Assembly: GCA_046707905.1 (NCBI GenBank)
Contig: JBKKDM010000008.1
Coordinates: 3,367-67,366, forward strand
Reading direction: 5' to 3'
Origin: Candidatus Limnocylindrales bacterium
GTDB taxonomy: Bacteria > Chloroflexota > Limnocylindria > Limnocylindrales > CSP1-4
DNA: 64,000 nucleotides
A program made the translations under genes and the position numbers. Below are positions 42,635 to 52,541 of the stretch, piece after piece; the first letter of the stretch is position 1; every line of letters begins with the position of its first letter. The notes beneath the pieces are model-generated. The model saw only the letters and a list, made by a program, of their open reading frames with translations, was not told where the DNA came from and ran no database searches.

Positions 42635-43645
42635 GTGAATCGTTCGCAGTTGCGCTTTATCGGCGTCACCGTGGCGGCGTTGCTCACGTTTGCTATCGTG
42701 AGCGCGGGGCCCGCGGCCGCCAGGCCGCCCGGTTGGGGCTTCGATCCCATCGTCGCGGTTCCGGGCACGGTCAGTCCGTCGAAGCTCGCGGCATTCGACG
42801 TCAGGATCAACAACACGGGCAGGAGCAACATCTCGTCGGTCCTGATGTCGACCGACCTCGGCTCGAGCAACCCGCTCGCCCTTCCTGCCTACATCTCCGA
42901 CGCAACCTGGCAGGGTCAGCCCGCTCCGCTCATCGTCCGGCCGTGTGGCAGCGCGCCATACACGGCGGCGCTGTCGTGCAACTTCGGCAGCCTCGTCGCC
43001 GGCGCCAGCGTCTCGCTCCGGATCGCCCTCCCTGTCCCGGCGACTGCCGGCACCCATAGCTTCAACTTCCTGCTGACGGGCAACGGCAACACCCCGTCCG
43101 ACACGGGCGGCACGAGCCACGGCGACACCAAGAAGGGTCTCGCCTCGGTCAGCGTCAGCAACAGCGCGGAATTCGCGGGCGGCTTCGTCCTCGACGCGGA
43201 GACGTTCTCCACGGTCGAGAGCCTCACCAGGCAGAACCCCCAGGCCGCGTCGGTCACGACGACCCAGGACTTCGCGGCGTCGACCGTCCAGGAGAGCAAC
43301 ACCTATAGCGGTACGGGCAGCCCCTGCGCGACCGTCAACTGCATCGGGCAGTGGGCGACCGTGAACGCACCGAACCCGGCCGGCGACAAGATCAAGGTCA
43401 ACCTGTTGATCCTCGGCAAGGGCATGCCAGGCTCCGTCGGGCCAGAGGACATCGTCCTCTACCACCTCGGCGGGACGGACCTTGAGCGCCAGGACGACGG
43501 CATAATCGGTGACGAGGCCAGCGAACGCTGCGCCTCCGCGACCTCGTCGGCCTCGGCCCCGTGCATCTACGTGACCGAGGAAGGCCAGAACTTCCGGATC
43601 GTCGCGTGGCTGCTCCGCAACGGGACGCTCCGCGGGACCTGGTAG
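42635..43645 (+). CDS. secreted beta-rich hypothetical protein
   Basis: GTG after GAGAGGAG. Signal peptide MNRSQLRFIGVTVAALLTFAIVSAGPAAA. Ser/Thr/Gly/Asn-rich mature part. Preceded by an unusually AT-rich ~95-nt leader. Confidence 0.6.
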   Translation: MNRSQLRFIGVTVAALLTFAIVSAGPAAARPPGWGFDPIVAVPGTVSPSKLAAFDVRINNTGRSNISSVLMSTDLGSSNPLALPAYISDATWQGQPAPLIVRPCGSAPYTAALSCNFGSLVAGASVSLRIALPVPATAGTHSFNFLLTGNGNTPSDTGGTSHGDTKKGLASVSVSNSAEFAGGFVLDAETFSTVESLTRQNPQAASVTTTQDFAASTVQESNTYSGTGSPCATVNCIGQWATVNAPNPAGDKIKVNLLILGKGMPGSVGPEDIVLYHLGGTDLERQDDGIIGDEASERCASATSSASAPCIYVTEEGQNFRIVAWLLRNGTLRGTW

Positions 43646-43655
43646 GACCAGAGCC

Positions 43656-46600
43656 TCAGGCGGGCTGGGCGACCAGCTCCCGGATCCGGGCGGCGGACAC
43701 CGTGTCGCCCTTCGCTTCGTACAGGTCCAGGGCCTCCCGCAAGGGGGGCCCTGACTGGTCTTCGGGATCCCCGGCGATCTGATGGGCCTGCCCGAGCGCG
43801 GCCAGGGCGTTGGCCTGGAGGAGCGGGCGCTCCGTGGAGCGGGCGATCTCGACGGCCACCTGCGCCAGGGCCAGCCCTTCCTCGGCGCGCCCCCCTGCGG
43901 CCAACGCGAGGCCCCTCGCCATGCGCCAGAGAGTCCCGAGCTCTGGATCGTCGTCCTCGCCGATCGATTCAGCGATCTCCGAGTACCGCACGGCCTCGGC
44001 GAGATCCCCGGCGAGCCAGCGGACGTAGGCGAGGAACGCGGCGATCGACGACCGGAAGAAAGTCTCGTCGATCCCGAGGAGCACGTCGTAGTCGCGCCGC
44101 AGCTCCCGCTCGGCGGCGGTGGCATCGCCGGCCAGGAGCTCGACGCGGTGGGAGTCGACGGAGGTGGATGCTGCGTCGATCCCGCCACCGAGCTCCTCGA
44201 GCATCTCCTGGCCGCGTCGGTAGAGGTCCCGGGCCGCCTCGAAGTCGCCGGCCATCGCCCGCAGCACCGCCAGCGTGCTGCCGATCACGGCCTCGGTCTT
44301 CCGGTCGCCGGACACTGACCCCAGGAGCTCGTCGCACTGTGGGATCGCGCTGGCCACCGGGGTCGGTCCGTGCAGGAGGATGTAGGCCACGCCGGGTGCC
44401 GCGCGCGACGCGATCCGGGCGTCACCGGCCTCCTGGGCGTGGTGGATGACCTTCTGCGTTGCCTGCGACGCCGCCGTGAACCGGCCCTGGACGACCTCGA
44501 CGAGGACGAGGGTCCGCCACGCCCTGGCCAGCCCCGCGTCATCGCTGAGCGGCTCGAGGACCTCGATGGCCGCCCGCGCCGCCCGCGCCGCGTTCGCCAT
44601 GGCGCCCTCGACGCCCCGGAATCGGTCGACCTGGGCCCGTTCGAGTCGAGCCCGAACCTCCAGACGCGCATCGCCGGTCGCGGTGGCCTGCTCGATCGCG
44701 CCGTCGAGCACGGTGGCGGCGTCCTCAAACCGACCGCTCTGGGCGTACGTCTCGCCGAGATCGACCAGCAGCTCCAGGCGGAACGCCGACTCCGTGGCGA
44801 GGAGGTCGACGCTGCGCTTCAGGAGGCTCGCGGCGGCCGAGAGGTCGCCCCGGCCGAGGGCTCGGCGCCCGGCATTCGACAACTTCTCCGCGGCGCGCAC
44901 GCCAACGGCGCGAGCCTCGGCGTCGACGATGCCCAGCCCTGTGCGGTAGACGTAGGCCTGCTCGAGGTGGTAGCCGAGGATCTCCTCGAACTCGAGCTCC
45001 CGGCCGCGCTCCCGGTTGACCCGCTCGGCCCAGGCCACGAAGCGCTCATGGAGGGCAGCACGGGCGCGCTTCAGGAGGCTGCCGTACGCGGTGTCGCGAA
45101 TGATCTGGTGCCCGAAGCGGTAGATGATGTCGTCCTCGGCGAGGCGGCGAACGAGCTGCTTGGACTCCAGGACGCCGAGATCGGATTCGAGGCGTGGCCG
45201 GAACTCGTCGTCGAGGAGCTCCTCCACCGCGTCCATCGGGAACGACAGCCCGATGACCGATGCAGGATCGACGACCGCGCGCTCCTCGCTCTTGAGCGCA
45301 TCGAGACGTGACGCGACGAGCGCCTGGACCGTGGGCGGGATCTGCAGCTGGGCGGCGCCAGCGCGCGCCACCCAGCCATCGATGCCCCGCTCGATGGCCC
45401 CGGTCTCAACGAGCATCGACACGATCTGCTCGACGTACAGCGGATTGCCCTCGGCGGCCTCCGCGATCCTCGCGCGGACGCTCGCCTCGAGCGATCCCAA
45501 GAGCTCCTCGACGATCCGACCGGCATCGGCCTCGCTCAGCGGGTGGAGGTTGATCAGCATCGATTCGTGTGCCGCGGTCCACTCCGCGTGGCGCTCGGCG
45601 ATCTCGTGCCGCGCCGAGCCCAGGATCAGGATCGACGAGTCCGTGACCGACTCGAGCAGCTGGTCGAGGAAGTCGAGGAACGTCGCCTCGGCCCAATGGA
45701 GGTCGTCGACGAGCATGACGATGGGCCACCCGGCCGCTAGCGACTCCAGGAACCGGCGACCACCCCACATCAGCTCGGCGACCGGGAACTGGGCGGCACT
45801 GAGGTTGATCGCCGCCGCGACCCGCTCCACGATCGCCTCGCGATCCTCGGCTCCGGCCCGCTCCAGCAACCGGTCGATGCGACGCGTGGCGACACGCGGG
45901 GTGTCGTCGCTGGTGATCCCGGCCGCGTCCCGGACGACCTCGGCCAGGGGCCAGAACGTGATGCCATCGCCATAGGGCAGGCAGCGGCCCCGAACGAGGC
46001 GCGCCCGCTCCTCCGTGGCCGCGGCGAACTCGCGGATCAGCCGCGACTTGCCCACCCCGGCATCCCCGACGACCGTGACGAGCCGTGCCCCGCGTTCGGC
46101 GATCGCTTCGTCCAGGCCGCCGCCCAGCCGACCCATCTCGTCCTCGCGGCCCACGAACGGCGTCCGCGTGCCCTGGTCCGCGGACAGCGCTGCGGCCGAC
46201 CCGGACGCCCGCACGAGGCGATAGGCTGGCACCGGCTCGGCCTTGCCCTTCAGCTCGAGGGGCGGCATGAACTCGACCTCGATCTGGTCGCGAGCCAGGC
46301 GGTACGTAAGGTCCCCGAGGACGACCTCCCCGGCGCCCGCCGCCTGCTCTAGCCGCGCCGCGGTGTTGACGGCGTCGCCGGTCACCATCCGCTGCGCCGT
46401 GGCCGCGTCGCCGGCGATGACCTCCCCGCTGTTGACCCCGATGTGATTCGAGAGCTCCAGCGCGAACTGGTCCCTGAAGCCTGGGTTCAGGGCGTCGAGC
46501 GAGGCCTGCATATCCGCAGCGGCGCGGACCGCGCGAAGGGCGTCGTCTACGTGCCGGACCGGCAGCCCGAAGCCGGCCATCACCGCATCGCCGAGGACCT

Positions 46601-47558
46601 TCTCCACCGTGCCGCCGTGGCGCTCCAGGGCCGTGCGCATGCCGTCGAAGTAGCGCGACATCACGGCGCGCATCGTCTCCGGGCTCGGCGGCGCGGCTGA
46701 CGCGTCGGTCGTGTGGACCTTGGGCATCGCGAAGACGATCGTCACCGTGCGCCGGCTCTCGCGAGCGACCCTCGTTGCGAGGGCGGCCCCGCACGTGTTG
46801 CAGAACCGCATCCGCGCGGGGCTCTGCTCACCGCACGACGGGCAGTGGCGCAAGCCCGGCACGGCCTCCGGGAGCTGGGCCTCGGATTCCTCGCCGCGGT
46901 CATGGACGGCCACCAGGCGCCATGCCTCGAGCAACTGGGTTGAGCCCTTGGGGCTGGCGGGCGGCTGGGCCTCGAACTCGGCCTGGTCGCCGACCAGCGC
47001 CTTGGTGGAGGCATGGACCAGGACCTCGAGCGGCGGCGAGTTCTGCTCCATCACCGTGGAGGTGTCGACCGGATCGCCGAGCAGCACGTGCTGGCCGCCC
47101 TCGGCCTTGCCAAAGGTCACCACGCCTGTCGCGACGCCGGTGCGAACGATCAGCCGGACGCCCCAGCCCTGCTCGAGCTCGTCGTTGAGGGTCGCCAGCG
47201 CGCGCTGCGATTCCGCCGCGGCCTCGAGGGCCCGGAGCGGGTCGTCGTCGTGCCGGAACGGCAGCCCGAAGACCGCCACGATGGCGTCCCCGATGATCTT
47301 CTCGATGGTCCCGCCGTGCGACTCGAACACCGCCCGCATGACGTCGAAATAGCGGTTCAGGACCTCGCGGAGGGCCTCGGGGTCGAGCCGCTCGCCGAGG
47401 GCCGTGGAACCCTTGAGATCGGACGTGACGAGGGTGACCTCGCGGTGGACCTCACCGACCGCCTCGTCCTCGCGGAGCGTTGAGCCGCACATTCCGCACA
47501 GGCGGGCCTCGACGGGATTGGCCTCGCCACAGGCCGGGCAGGTCTGGGAGGCGTCCAC
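43656..47558 (-). CDS. 1300-aa signalling protein: Zn-ribbon, class III cyclase domain, Zn-ribbon, second cyclase domain, AAA/STAND-like P-loop, TPR-like repeats
   Basis: CPACGEANPVEARLCGMCG; VTLVTSDLKGSTAL ... GDAIVAVFG; CPSCGEQSPARMRFCNTCG; VTIVFAM ... GDAVMAGFG ... IGVNSGEV; P-loop VVGDAGVGKSRL; long helical-repeat C-terminus. Confidence 0.85.
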   Translation of the reverse strand: MDASQTCPACGEANPVEARLCGMCGSTLREDEAVGEVHREVTLVTSDLKGSTALGERLDPEALREVLNRYFDVMRAVFESHGGTIEKIIGDAIVAVFGLPFRHDDDPLRALEAAAESQRALATLNDELEQGWGVRLIVRTGVATGVVTFGKAEGGQHVLLGDPVDTSTVMEQNSPPLEVLVHASTKALVGDQAEFEAQPPASPKGSTQLLEAWRLVAVHDRGEESEAQLPEAVPGLRHCPSCGEQSPARMRFCNTCGAALATRVARESRRTVTIVFAMPKVHTTDASAAPPSPETMRAVMSRYFDGMRTALERHGGTVEKVLGDAVMAGFGLPVRHVDDALRAVRAAADMQASLDALNPGFRDQFALELSNHIGVNSGEVIAGDAATAQRMVTGDAVNTAARLEQAAGAGEVVLGDLTYRLARDQIEVEFMPPLELKGKAEPVPAYRLVRASGSAAALSADQGTRTPFVGREDEMGRLGGGLDEAIAERGARLVTVVGDAGVGKSRLIREFAAATEERARLVRGRCLPYGDGITFWPLAEVVRDAAGITSDDTPRVATRRIDRLLERAGAEDREAIVERVAAAINLSAAQFPVAELMWGGRRFLESLAAGWPIVMLVDDLHWAEATFLDFLDQLLESVTDSSILILGSARHEIAERHAEWTAAHESMLINLHPLSEADAGRIVEELLGSLEASVRARIAEAAEGNPLYVEQIVSMLVETGAIERGIDGWVARAGAAQLQIPPTVQALVASRLDALKSEERAVVDPASVIGLSFPMDAVEELLDDEFRPRLESDLGVLESKQLVRRLAEDDIIYRFGHQIIRDTAYGSLLKRARAALHERFVAWAERVNRERGRELEFEEILGYHLEQAYVYRTGLGIVDAEARAVGVRAAEKLSNAGRRALGRGDLSAAASLLKRSVDLLATESAFRLELLVDLGETYAQSGRFEDAATVLDGAIEQATATGDARLEVRARLERAQVDRFRGVEGAMANAARAARAAIEVLEPLSDDAGLARAWRTLVLVEVVQGRFTAASQATQKVIHHAQEAGDARIASRAAPGVAYILLHGPTPVASAIPQCDELLGSVSGDRKTEAVIGSTLAVLRAMAGDFEAARDLYRRGQEMLEELGGGIDAASTSVDSHRVELLAGDATAAERELRRDYDVLLGIDETFFRSSIAAFLAYVRWLAGDLAEAVRYSEIAESIGEDDDPELGTLWRMARGLALAAGGRAEEGLALAQVAVEIARSTERPLLQANALAALGQAHQIAGDPEDQSGPPLREALDLYEAKGDTVSAARIRELVAQPA

Positions 47559-47598
47559 CGATTCAGTCTAACGGCGAGACCCGCCGGATCAGGCCGGA

Positions 47599-49446
47599 TC
47601 AGGCTGGAGTTGGCTCCGGGGTAGGCGTCTCGTCGGCCGGGGCCGTTGTCCGGCGCCGGCGGAGGTCGCGCATGTCGCGCTGGTCGAGACCGGCAAGGCG
47701 GACGAGGTCGGCGTTGTTGGTGCGCGTGAGCCGCTCGGAGAGCTTGAGATTGATCAGCCGGTCCATGGCCGGCACGCCCTTCAGCTCCCGCAGGGTCGCC
47801 GCCGGAATCTCGAGCACCTCGGTGAAGTCCTCAGCGACGACATTCGCGGTCCGGGGGCTCCCGGTGAGCGCCGCGATCTCCCCGAAGAAGTCACCGGCGC
47901 CCATCTCGGCTAGCGAGGTGACTTCGCCGGACGCGTTGGGGATGCCCGCGACGGCCTTGCCGCCCAGGACGAAGTAGGCCGCGGTGCTCGCGTCGCCCGC
48001 GCGGACGATGGCGCACCCGGGCGGGGCCTTGGCGACCGTCGCGCCCTCGAGGAAGGCGCTCCGGCGCTCCATCGCCAGCGCCCCCAGCTCGGGCAGGACG
48101 TCGATGAGGCGGTCGAGGTCGAGCATGTTCGCCGGGCGGCCCGTGCCGATGCCGGGCGCGGTTGGCGCGGTTCGCAGAAGCTGGAGGCTCTTGCGCCACT
48201 CGGCGGCCGGCTGGCCGATGCCCGGGGCGAACTGCGTCGCGATGCCCGCGAAGATGAGGATGACCGACGCGGCCACGACGAGGTCGCGGACGGGGAAGAT
48301 GTCGGCCAGTCCCGCGCCGGCCATGCCCACCAGGAACAGGACGTCGCGCGACACGTACATCGCCGAGAACACCCGGCCCCGCAGGTCGCGCGGGATATGG
48401 CGCTGCAGCAGCAGTCGCCGCGCGATCGACTGGGGCGCGTTCAGGAATCCGGTGATCGTGACCATGACGATCGCGACGGCCATCGTGGGCGACAGGCCGT
48501 AGATCGCGCCGAAGACGCCCATGGCGATGGTCGAGGCAACGACCCACGTGCCCTCGGCCAGCCGATCTCCGACCTTGGCCATCAGGAAGCTGCCGACCAC
48601 GAACCCGACCGACGTCAGGCCCTCCTGGAGGCCGTACTCGAACTCCGTGCCGCCGAGGACGCGGATCGCCATCGGGAGCAGCAGCACGTTCCAGAGCCCG
48701 AACGACAGGAAGACGGGCGCGCCCGTCAGGAAGGCCGAGCGGAGGACCGGCGTCCGCCACATGTAGGCGGCCCCGCTCTTGAGGTTCTCGACGACGACGC
48801 CGATGGACGTCGGCTCCGCGTCCCCGGCGTTCTTCCTGACGATGATGGGCAGCAGCAGCGCGAAGGCGACGAAGTAGGTCGCCGCGTCGATGTAGAAGGC
48901 CAGCAGCGGGTTGCCCGTCGACGCCAGGAAGCCTGCCGCCGCGAACCCGACCGCGGTCGAGCCGAACGAGCTCACCGCGAGGAACGAGTTGGCCTGGGTC
49001 AGCTCCTCCTCCGTCGCGATCTCCGGGAGGACGGACTCCCAGGCCGGATCGAAGAACTGGCGGACCGTCGCCGAGATGAAGATCAGGCCGTAGAGCGAGA
49101 ACACGAACAGGTCCTGGTTCGCCGGCATGAACGTCACGTACGCCAGCGGGATCCCCAGGACGATGAACCCCCGCAGCAGGTTCGCCAGCAGCAGGATCCG
49201 CTTCTTGTCGAAGCGGTCGACGAACACGCCCGCGAACAGCCCAACGAACAGCGTCGGGATCGCGGTCACCATGAGCACGGCGCCGACCGCGAACGCCGAG
49301 TTCGTGATCTGGAAGATCAGGATCGCCGCGGCGAGGTCGGTGAGGGATTCGCCGATCGTGGACGTCAGCTGCGCCAGCCACATCAGGCTGAAGTCGCGCT
49401 TCTTGAAGATGGCGAACATCGCGGCCGAGTTTACCGGCGCCGGCAC
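47599..49446 (-). CDS. MFS transporter fused to a C-terminal cyclic-nucleotide-binding domain
   Basis: Twelve hydrophobic segments (FVDRFDKKRILL loop motif). C-terminus IVRAGDASTAAYFVLGGKAV ... GDFFGEIAALTGSPRTANVVA (cNMP-binding beta-barrel signature). Confidence 0.8.
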   Translation of the reverse strand: MPAPVNSAAMFAIFKKRDFSLMWLAQLTSTIGESLTDLAAAILIFQITNSAFAVGAVLMVTAIPTLFVGLFAGVFVDRFDKKRILLLANLLRGFIVLGIPLAYVTFMPANQDLFVFSLYGLIFISATVRQFFDPAWESVLPEIATEEELTQANSFLAVSSFGSTAVGFAAAGFLASTGNPLLAFYIDAATYFVAFALLLPIIVRKNAGDAEPTSIGVVVENLKSGAAYMWRTPVLRSAFLTGAPVFLSFGLWNVLLLPMAIRVLGGTEFEYGLQEGLTSVGFVVGSFLMAKVGDRLAEGTWVVASTIAMGVFGAIYGLSPTMAVAIVMVTITGFLNAPQSIARRLLLQRHIPRDLRGRVFSAMYVSRDVLFLVGMAGAGLADIFPVRDLVVAASVILIFAGIATQFAPGIGQPAAEWRKSLQLLRTAPTAPGIGTGRPANMLDLDRLIDVLPELGALAMERRSAFLEGATVAKAPPGCAIVRAGDASTAAYFVLGGKAVAGIPNASGEVTSLAEMGAGDFFGEIAALTGSPRTANVVAEDFTEVLEIPAATLRELKGVPAMDRLINLKLSERLTRTNNADLVRLAGLDQRDMRDLRRRRTTAPADETPTPEPTPA

Positions 49447-49517
49447 CGCGATTTCCGTCCAGCGTGCTGGTCGGTCATGCGCGAGCGCTCAGCGGCCGAT
49501 CGCTCAGCGCCGACCGC

Positions 49518-50108
49518 TCAGCGGTCGATCGAGACGCCCTCGCGTGCGAGCAGCTCCCGCTTGAGATCGAGGCCGGCCTGCCGGCCGCCCCACCAGCCGC
49601 CGCCGTAGCCGCCGAGCGTCCCGTCGCCGGCGATGACGCGGTGGCAGGGGATCGCGAGGCCGATGGGGCAGCGCCCGACGGCACCGCCCACCGCTCGAGC
49701 CGCACCAGGCTTAGCGATCATCCGCGCGACGTCGCCGTAGCTCGCGGTGCTGCCCGGTGGGATCGCCCGGACCGCGTCGAAGACGGCCCGGTCGAAGGCC
49801 GACCGGTCGGCGAGGTCGAGGGGCAGATGGTCGAGGGCATCGAGGTCGCCGTCCGTGAACGCCCGCAGCGCTGCGATCGCCCGTCGGAGGTTGGCGGCCG
49901 CCTCGCTGCCAGGCCCGTCGACCGGAGCCCCGAGCACGGCGGCGCCGAAGCGGCTCGCGAGGCGTGCCAGAAAGTCCTCCTCGGTGACGAGGTTCTCCAT
50001 CGCGACGATGCCCAGCCCGGAGGCCGCAACGCGCACCGGGCCCCAGGGGGCCGCCGAGCTGCCGATCGCCAGGCCGAGTGTCACTGAGCGAGCATGCCAC
50101 GCGCCCAT
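49518..50108 (-). CDS. ogt: methylated-DNA--protein-cysteine methyltransferase
   Basis: [44 protein letters not shown] (PCHR active site). ATG at 50108; the track ORF start at 50351 overlaps copA. Confidence 0.85.
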   Translation of the reverse strand: MGAWHARSVTLGLAIGSSAAPWGPVRVAASGLGIVAMENLVTEEDFLARLASRFGAAVLGAPVDGPGSEAAANLRRAIAALRAFTDGDLDALDHLPLDLADRSAFDRAVFDAVRAIPPGSTASYGDVARMIAKPGAARAVGGAVGRCPIGLAIPCHRVIAGDGTLGGYGGGWWGGRQAGLDLKRELLAREGVSIDR

Positions 50109-50157
50109 TGCGCCTTCAGGGACGGCCTGCGAGAATACTCCCGGGGAGTATCCAGAG

Positions 50158-52515
50158 ATGACCACCACCGCGCCATCTGCAAAGCCGATCGAGATCGTGT
50201 CGTTCCCGGTCGAGGGAATGACATGCGCCTCGTGCGTCAACCGCATCACGCGCTTCCTCGAGCAGGTCGACGGCGTGGACGGGGCCAACGTGAATCTCGC
50301 CACCGAGTCCGCGACCGTCCGGTTCGATCCTGGGCGCGTCTCCGTGGGCACACTGGCGGAGGCCGTGGACGCGGCCGGCTACGTTGCCCTGGTCGAGCGG
50401 GCCAGCGCGGCCGACAAGCCCACAGATCTCTCGACGGCGACGGAGCACCGGGAGGAGCGGGACGAGGCGGCGGCACGCCATCTCGCCGGACTTCGCCTGC
50501 GCCTGCTCGTAGCGGCGGCCCTGACCCTGCCACTCCTCCTCGGGCTCGCGCGGATGACGTTCGCCCCGTGGCTGCCCGCCTTCCTGACCGATCCGCTCAT
50601 CCAGCTGGCCCTCGCGACGCCCGTCCAGCTGTGGGCCGGCTGGCAGTTCTACGCCGGGGCATGGAACGCCCTCCGCCACCGGACCGCCGACATGGACACG
50701 CTCATCGCCGTTGGCACCACGGCGGCGTACGGCTTCTCCCTGGCCACGATCCTCGCGCCCGAATTCTTCCGGGCGGCCGGGCTCGAGGCGCCGGACGGCG
50801 CGCTGCCGCTGTACTTCGATACGGCCGCCGTGATCGTCACCCTGATCCTGCTGGGGCGCTACCTCGAGGCCCGGGCACGGGGCCACACCTCCGATGCGAT
50901 CCGGCGGATCCTCCGCCTGGCGCCACGAACGGCCCGGGTCGTTCGCGGGGCGATCGACGTCGATGTCCCGATCGCCGAGGTCCGTCCGGGCGACATCGTC
51001 CGCGTCCGGCCGGGGGAGACCGTCGCGGTCGACGGGGTCGTGGTCGAGGGCGCCTCGTCCGTCGACGAGAGCATGCTCACCGGCGAGAGCCTGCCCGCCG
51101 CGAAGGGCGCCGAGGACCTCGTCATCGGCGGCACGCTGAACGGGTCTGGTGCGTTTAGCTTCCGGGCGACCCGGGTGGGCTCGGAGACGGTCCTCGCGCG
51201 AATCGTCCGCATGGTCGCCGACGCGCAGGGCTCGCGAGCCCCCATCCAGCGTCTCGCCGACGTCGTCACTGCCTCCTTCGTCCCGGCCGTCCTCGGGCTC
51301 GCGGCGCTCACGTTCGTGGCCTGGCTGGCGTTCGGACCGACGCCCGCGCTCAACCTGGCCCTCCTGAACACCGTCGCCGTCCTGATCATTGCCTGCCCCT
51401 GCGCGCTGGGGCTCGCGACCCCGACCTCGATCATGGTCGGAACCGGCAAGGGCGCCGAGGCCGGGATCCTGTTCCGTGACGCCGAGGCGCTGGAGCGGCT
51501 CGGTGGCGTCCGCACGGTGGTCCTCGACAAGACCGGAACGCTGACGGAAGGTCGGCCCAGGGTGACCGACATCGTCCTGGCCGACGGCGCGCCACCCGAG
51601 GACGAGCTCCTCGCCCTCGCCGCCGCCGCCGAGCGGGGCTCGGAGCATCCGCTCGGCGAAGCGATCGTCCGCGAAGCCCTCGAGGCCCGAGCCCTGGTAC
51701 TCCGGCACGCGGACCACTTCCGCGCGATCGCCGGCGATGGTGTCGAAGCGGTCGTGGATGGGCGGCTCGTGACGGTCGGACGGGCGGGCTGCATCGACCC
51801 GACCGGCAGCGCCGCGATGCTGGTCGCGGCGGCGGCGCGTCTCGCAGCCGAAGGCCGGTCCGCGGTCTTCGTCGCACTCGACGGCCGCCCGTCGGCCGTG
51901 CTGGGGATCGCGGACACCCTCAAGCCCGGGTCGTCTGCCGCCGTCGCAGGGCTGCGCCGCCAGGGCCTCGACATCGTCCTTCTGACGGGCGACGGCCGGA
52001 CAACGGCCGAGGCGATCGCGCGAGCGGCGGGCATCGACCGCGTCCTGGCGGATGTCCGGCCCGACGGCAAGGCCGCGGCCATCCGCGCCCTGCAGGCGGA
52101 GGGTCGCTCGGTCGCAATGGCCGGCGACGGGATCAACGACGCGCCCGCCCTCGCCGCCGCTGACGTCGGGATCGCCATGGGCACCGGGACGGACATCGCC
52201 ATCGAGTCCGCGCCCGTCACCCTCCTGTCCGGCGACCTGCGGGGCCTCGTGACCGCCGTCGCACTCTCGCGAGCGACGATGCGGAACATCCGCCAGAACC
52301 TGTTCTGGGCATTCGCCTACAACGTCGTCCTCATCCCGGTGGCGATGGGCGTGCTCTTCCCGGTCTTCGGGCTCCTCCTCGACCCGATCCTGGCCGCCGC
52401 GGCGATGGCCCTGAGCTCCGTGACCGTCGTCTCGAACGCCCTGCGGCTGCGCGGGTTCCGGACCGGGGCGCCCACCACGATCGAAACCCCCGGGCGGCGC
52501 CTCGCGGCCTCCTGA
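50158..52515 (+). CDS. copA: copper-translocating P1B-type ATPase
   Basis: HMA domain [49 protein letters not shown] at 50158 within track ORF 49747-52515. Confidence 0.9.
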   Translation: MTTTAPSAKPIEIVSFPVEGMTCASCVNRITRFLEQVDGVDGANVNLATESATVRFDPGRVSVGTLAEAVDAAGYVALVERASAADKPTDLSTATEHREERDEAAARHLAGLRLRLLVAAALTLPLLLGLARMTFAPWLPAFLTDPLIQLALATPVQLWAGWQFYAGAWNALRHRTADMDTLIAVGTTAAYGFSLATILAPEFFRAAGLEAPDGALPLYFDTAAVIVTLILLGRYLEARARGHTSDAIRRILRLAPRTARVVRGAIDVDVPIAEVRPGDIVRVRPGETVAVDGVVVEGASSVDESMLTGESLPAAKGAEDLVIGGTLNGSGAFSFRATRVGSETVLARIVRMVADAQGSRAPIQRLADVVTASFVPAVLGLAALTFVAWLAFGPTPALNLALLNTVAVLIIACPCALGLATPTSIMVGTGKGAEAGILFRDAEALERLGGVRTVVLDKTGTLTEGRPRVTDIVLADGAPPEDELLALAAAAERGSEHPLGEAIVREALEARALVLRHADHFRAIAGDGVEAVVDGRLVTVGRAGCIDPTGSAAMLVAAAARLAAEGRSAVFVALDGRPSAVLGIADTLKPGSSAAVAGLRRQGLDIVLLTGDGRTTAEAIARAAGIDRVLADVRPDGKAAAIRALQAEGRSVAMAGDGINDAPALAAADVGIAMGTGTDIAIESAPVTLLSGDLRGLVTAVALSRATMRNIRQNLFWAFAYNVVLIPVAMGVLFPVFGLLLDPILAAAAMALSSVTVVSNALRLRGFRTGAPTTIETPGRRLAAS

Positions 52516-52541
52516 GCGAGGCTCGCTCCTACACTTCGAGC

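Noticed and set aside
42524-44188. 554-aa minus-strand ORF
   Set aside because: It spans the secreted-protein gene (antisense) and the 3' end of the cyclase gene in a wrong frame, and its composition is not protein-like.
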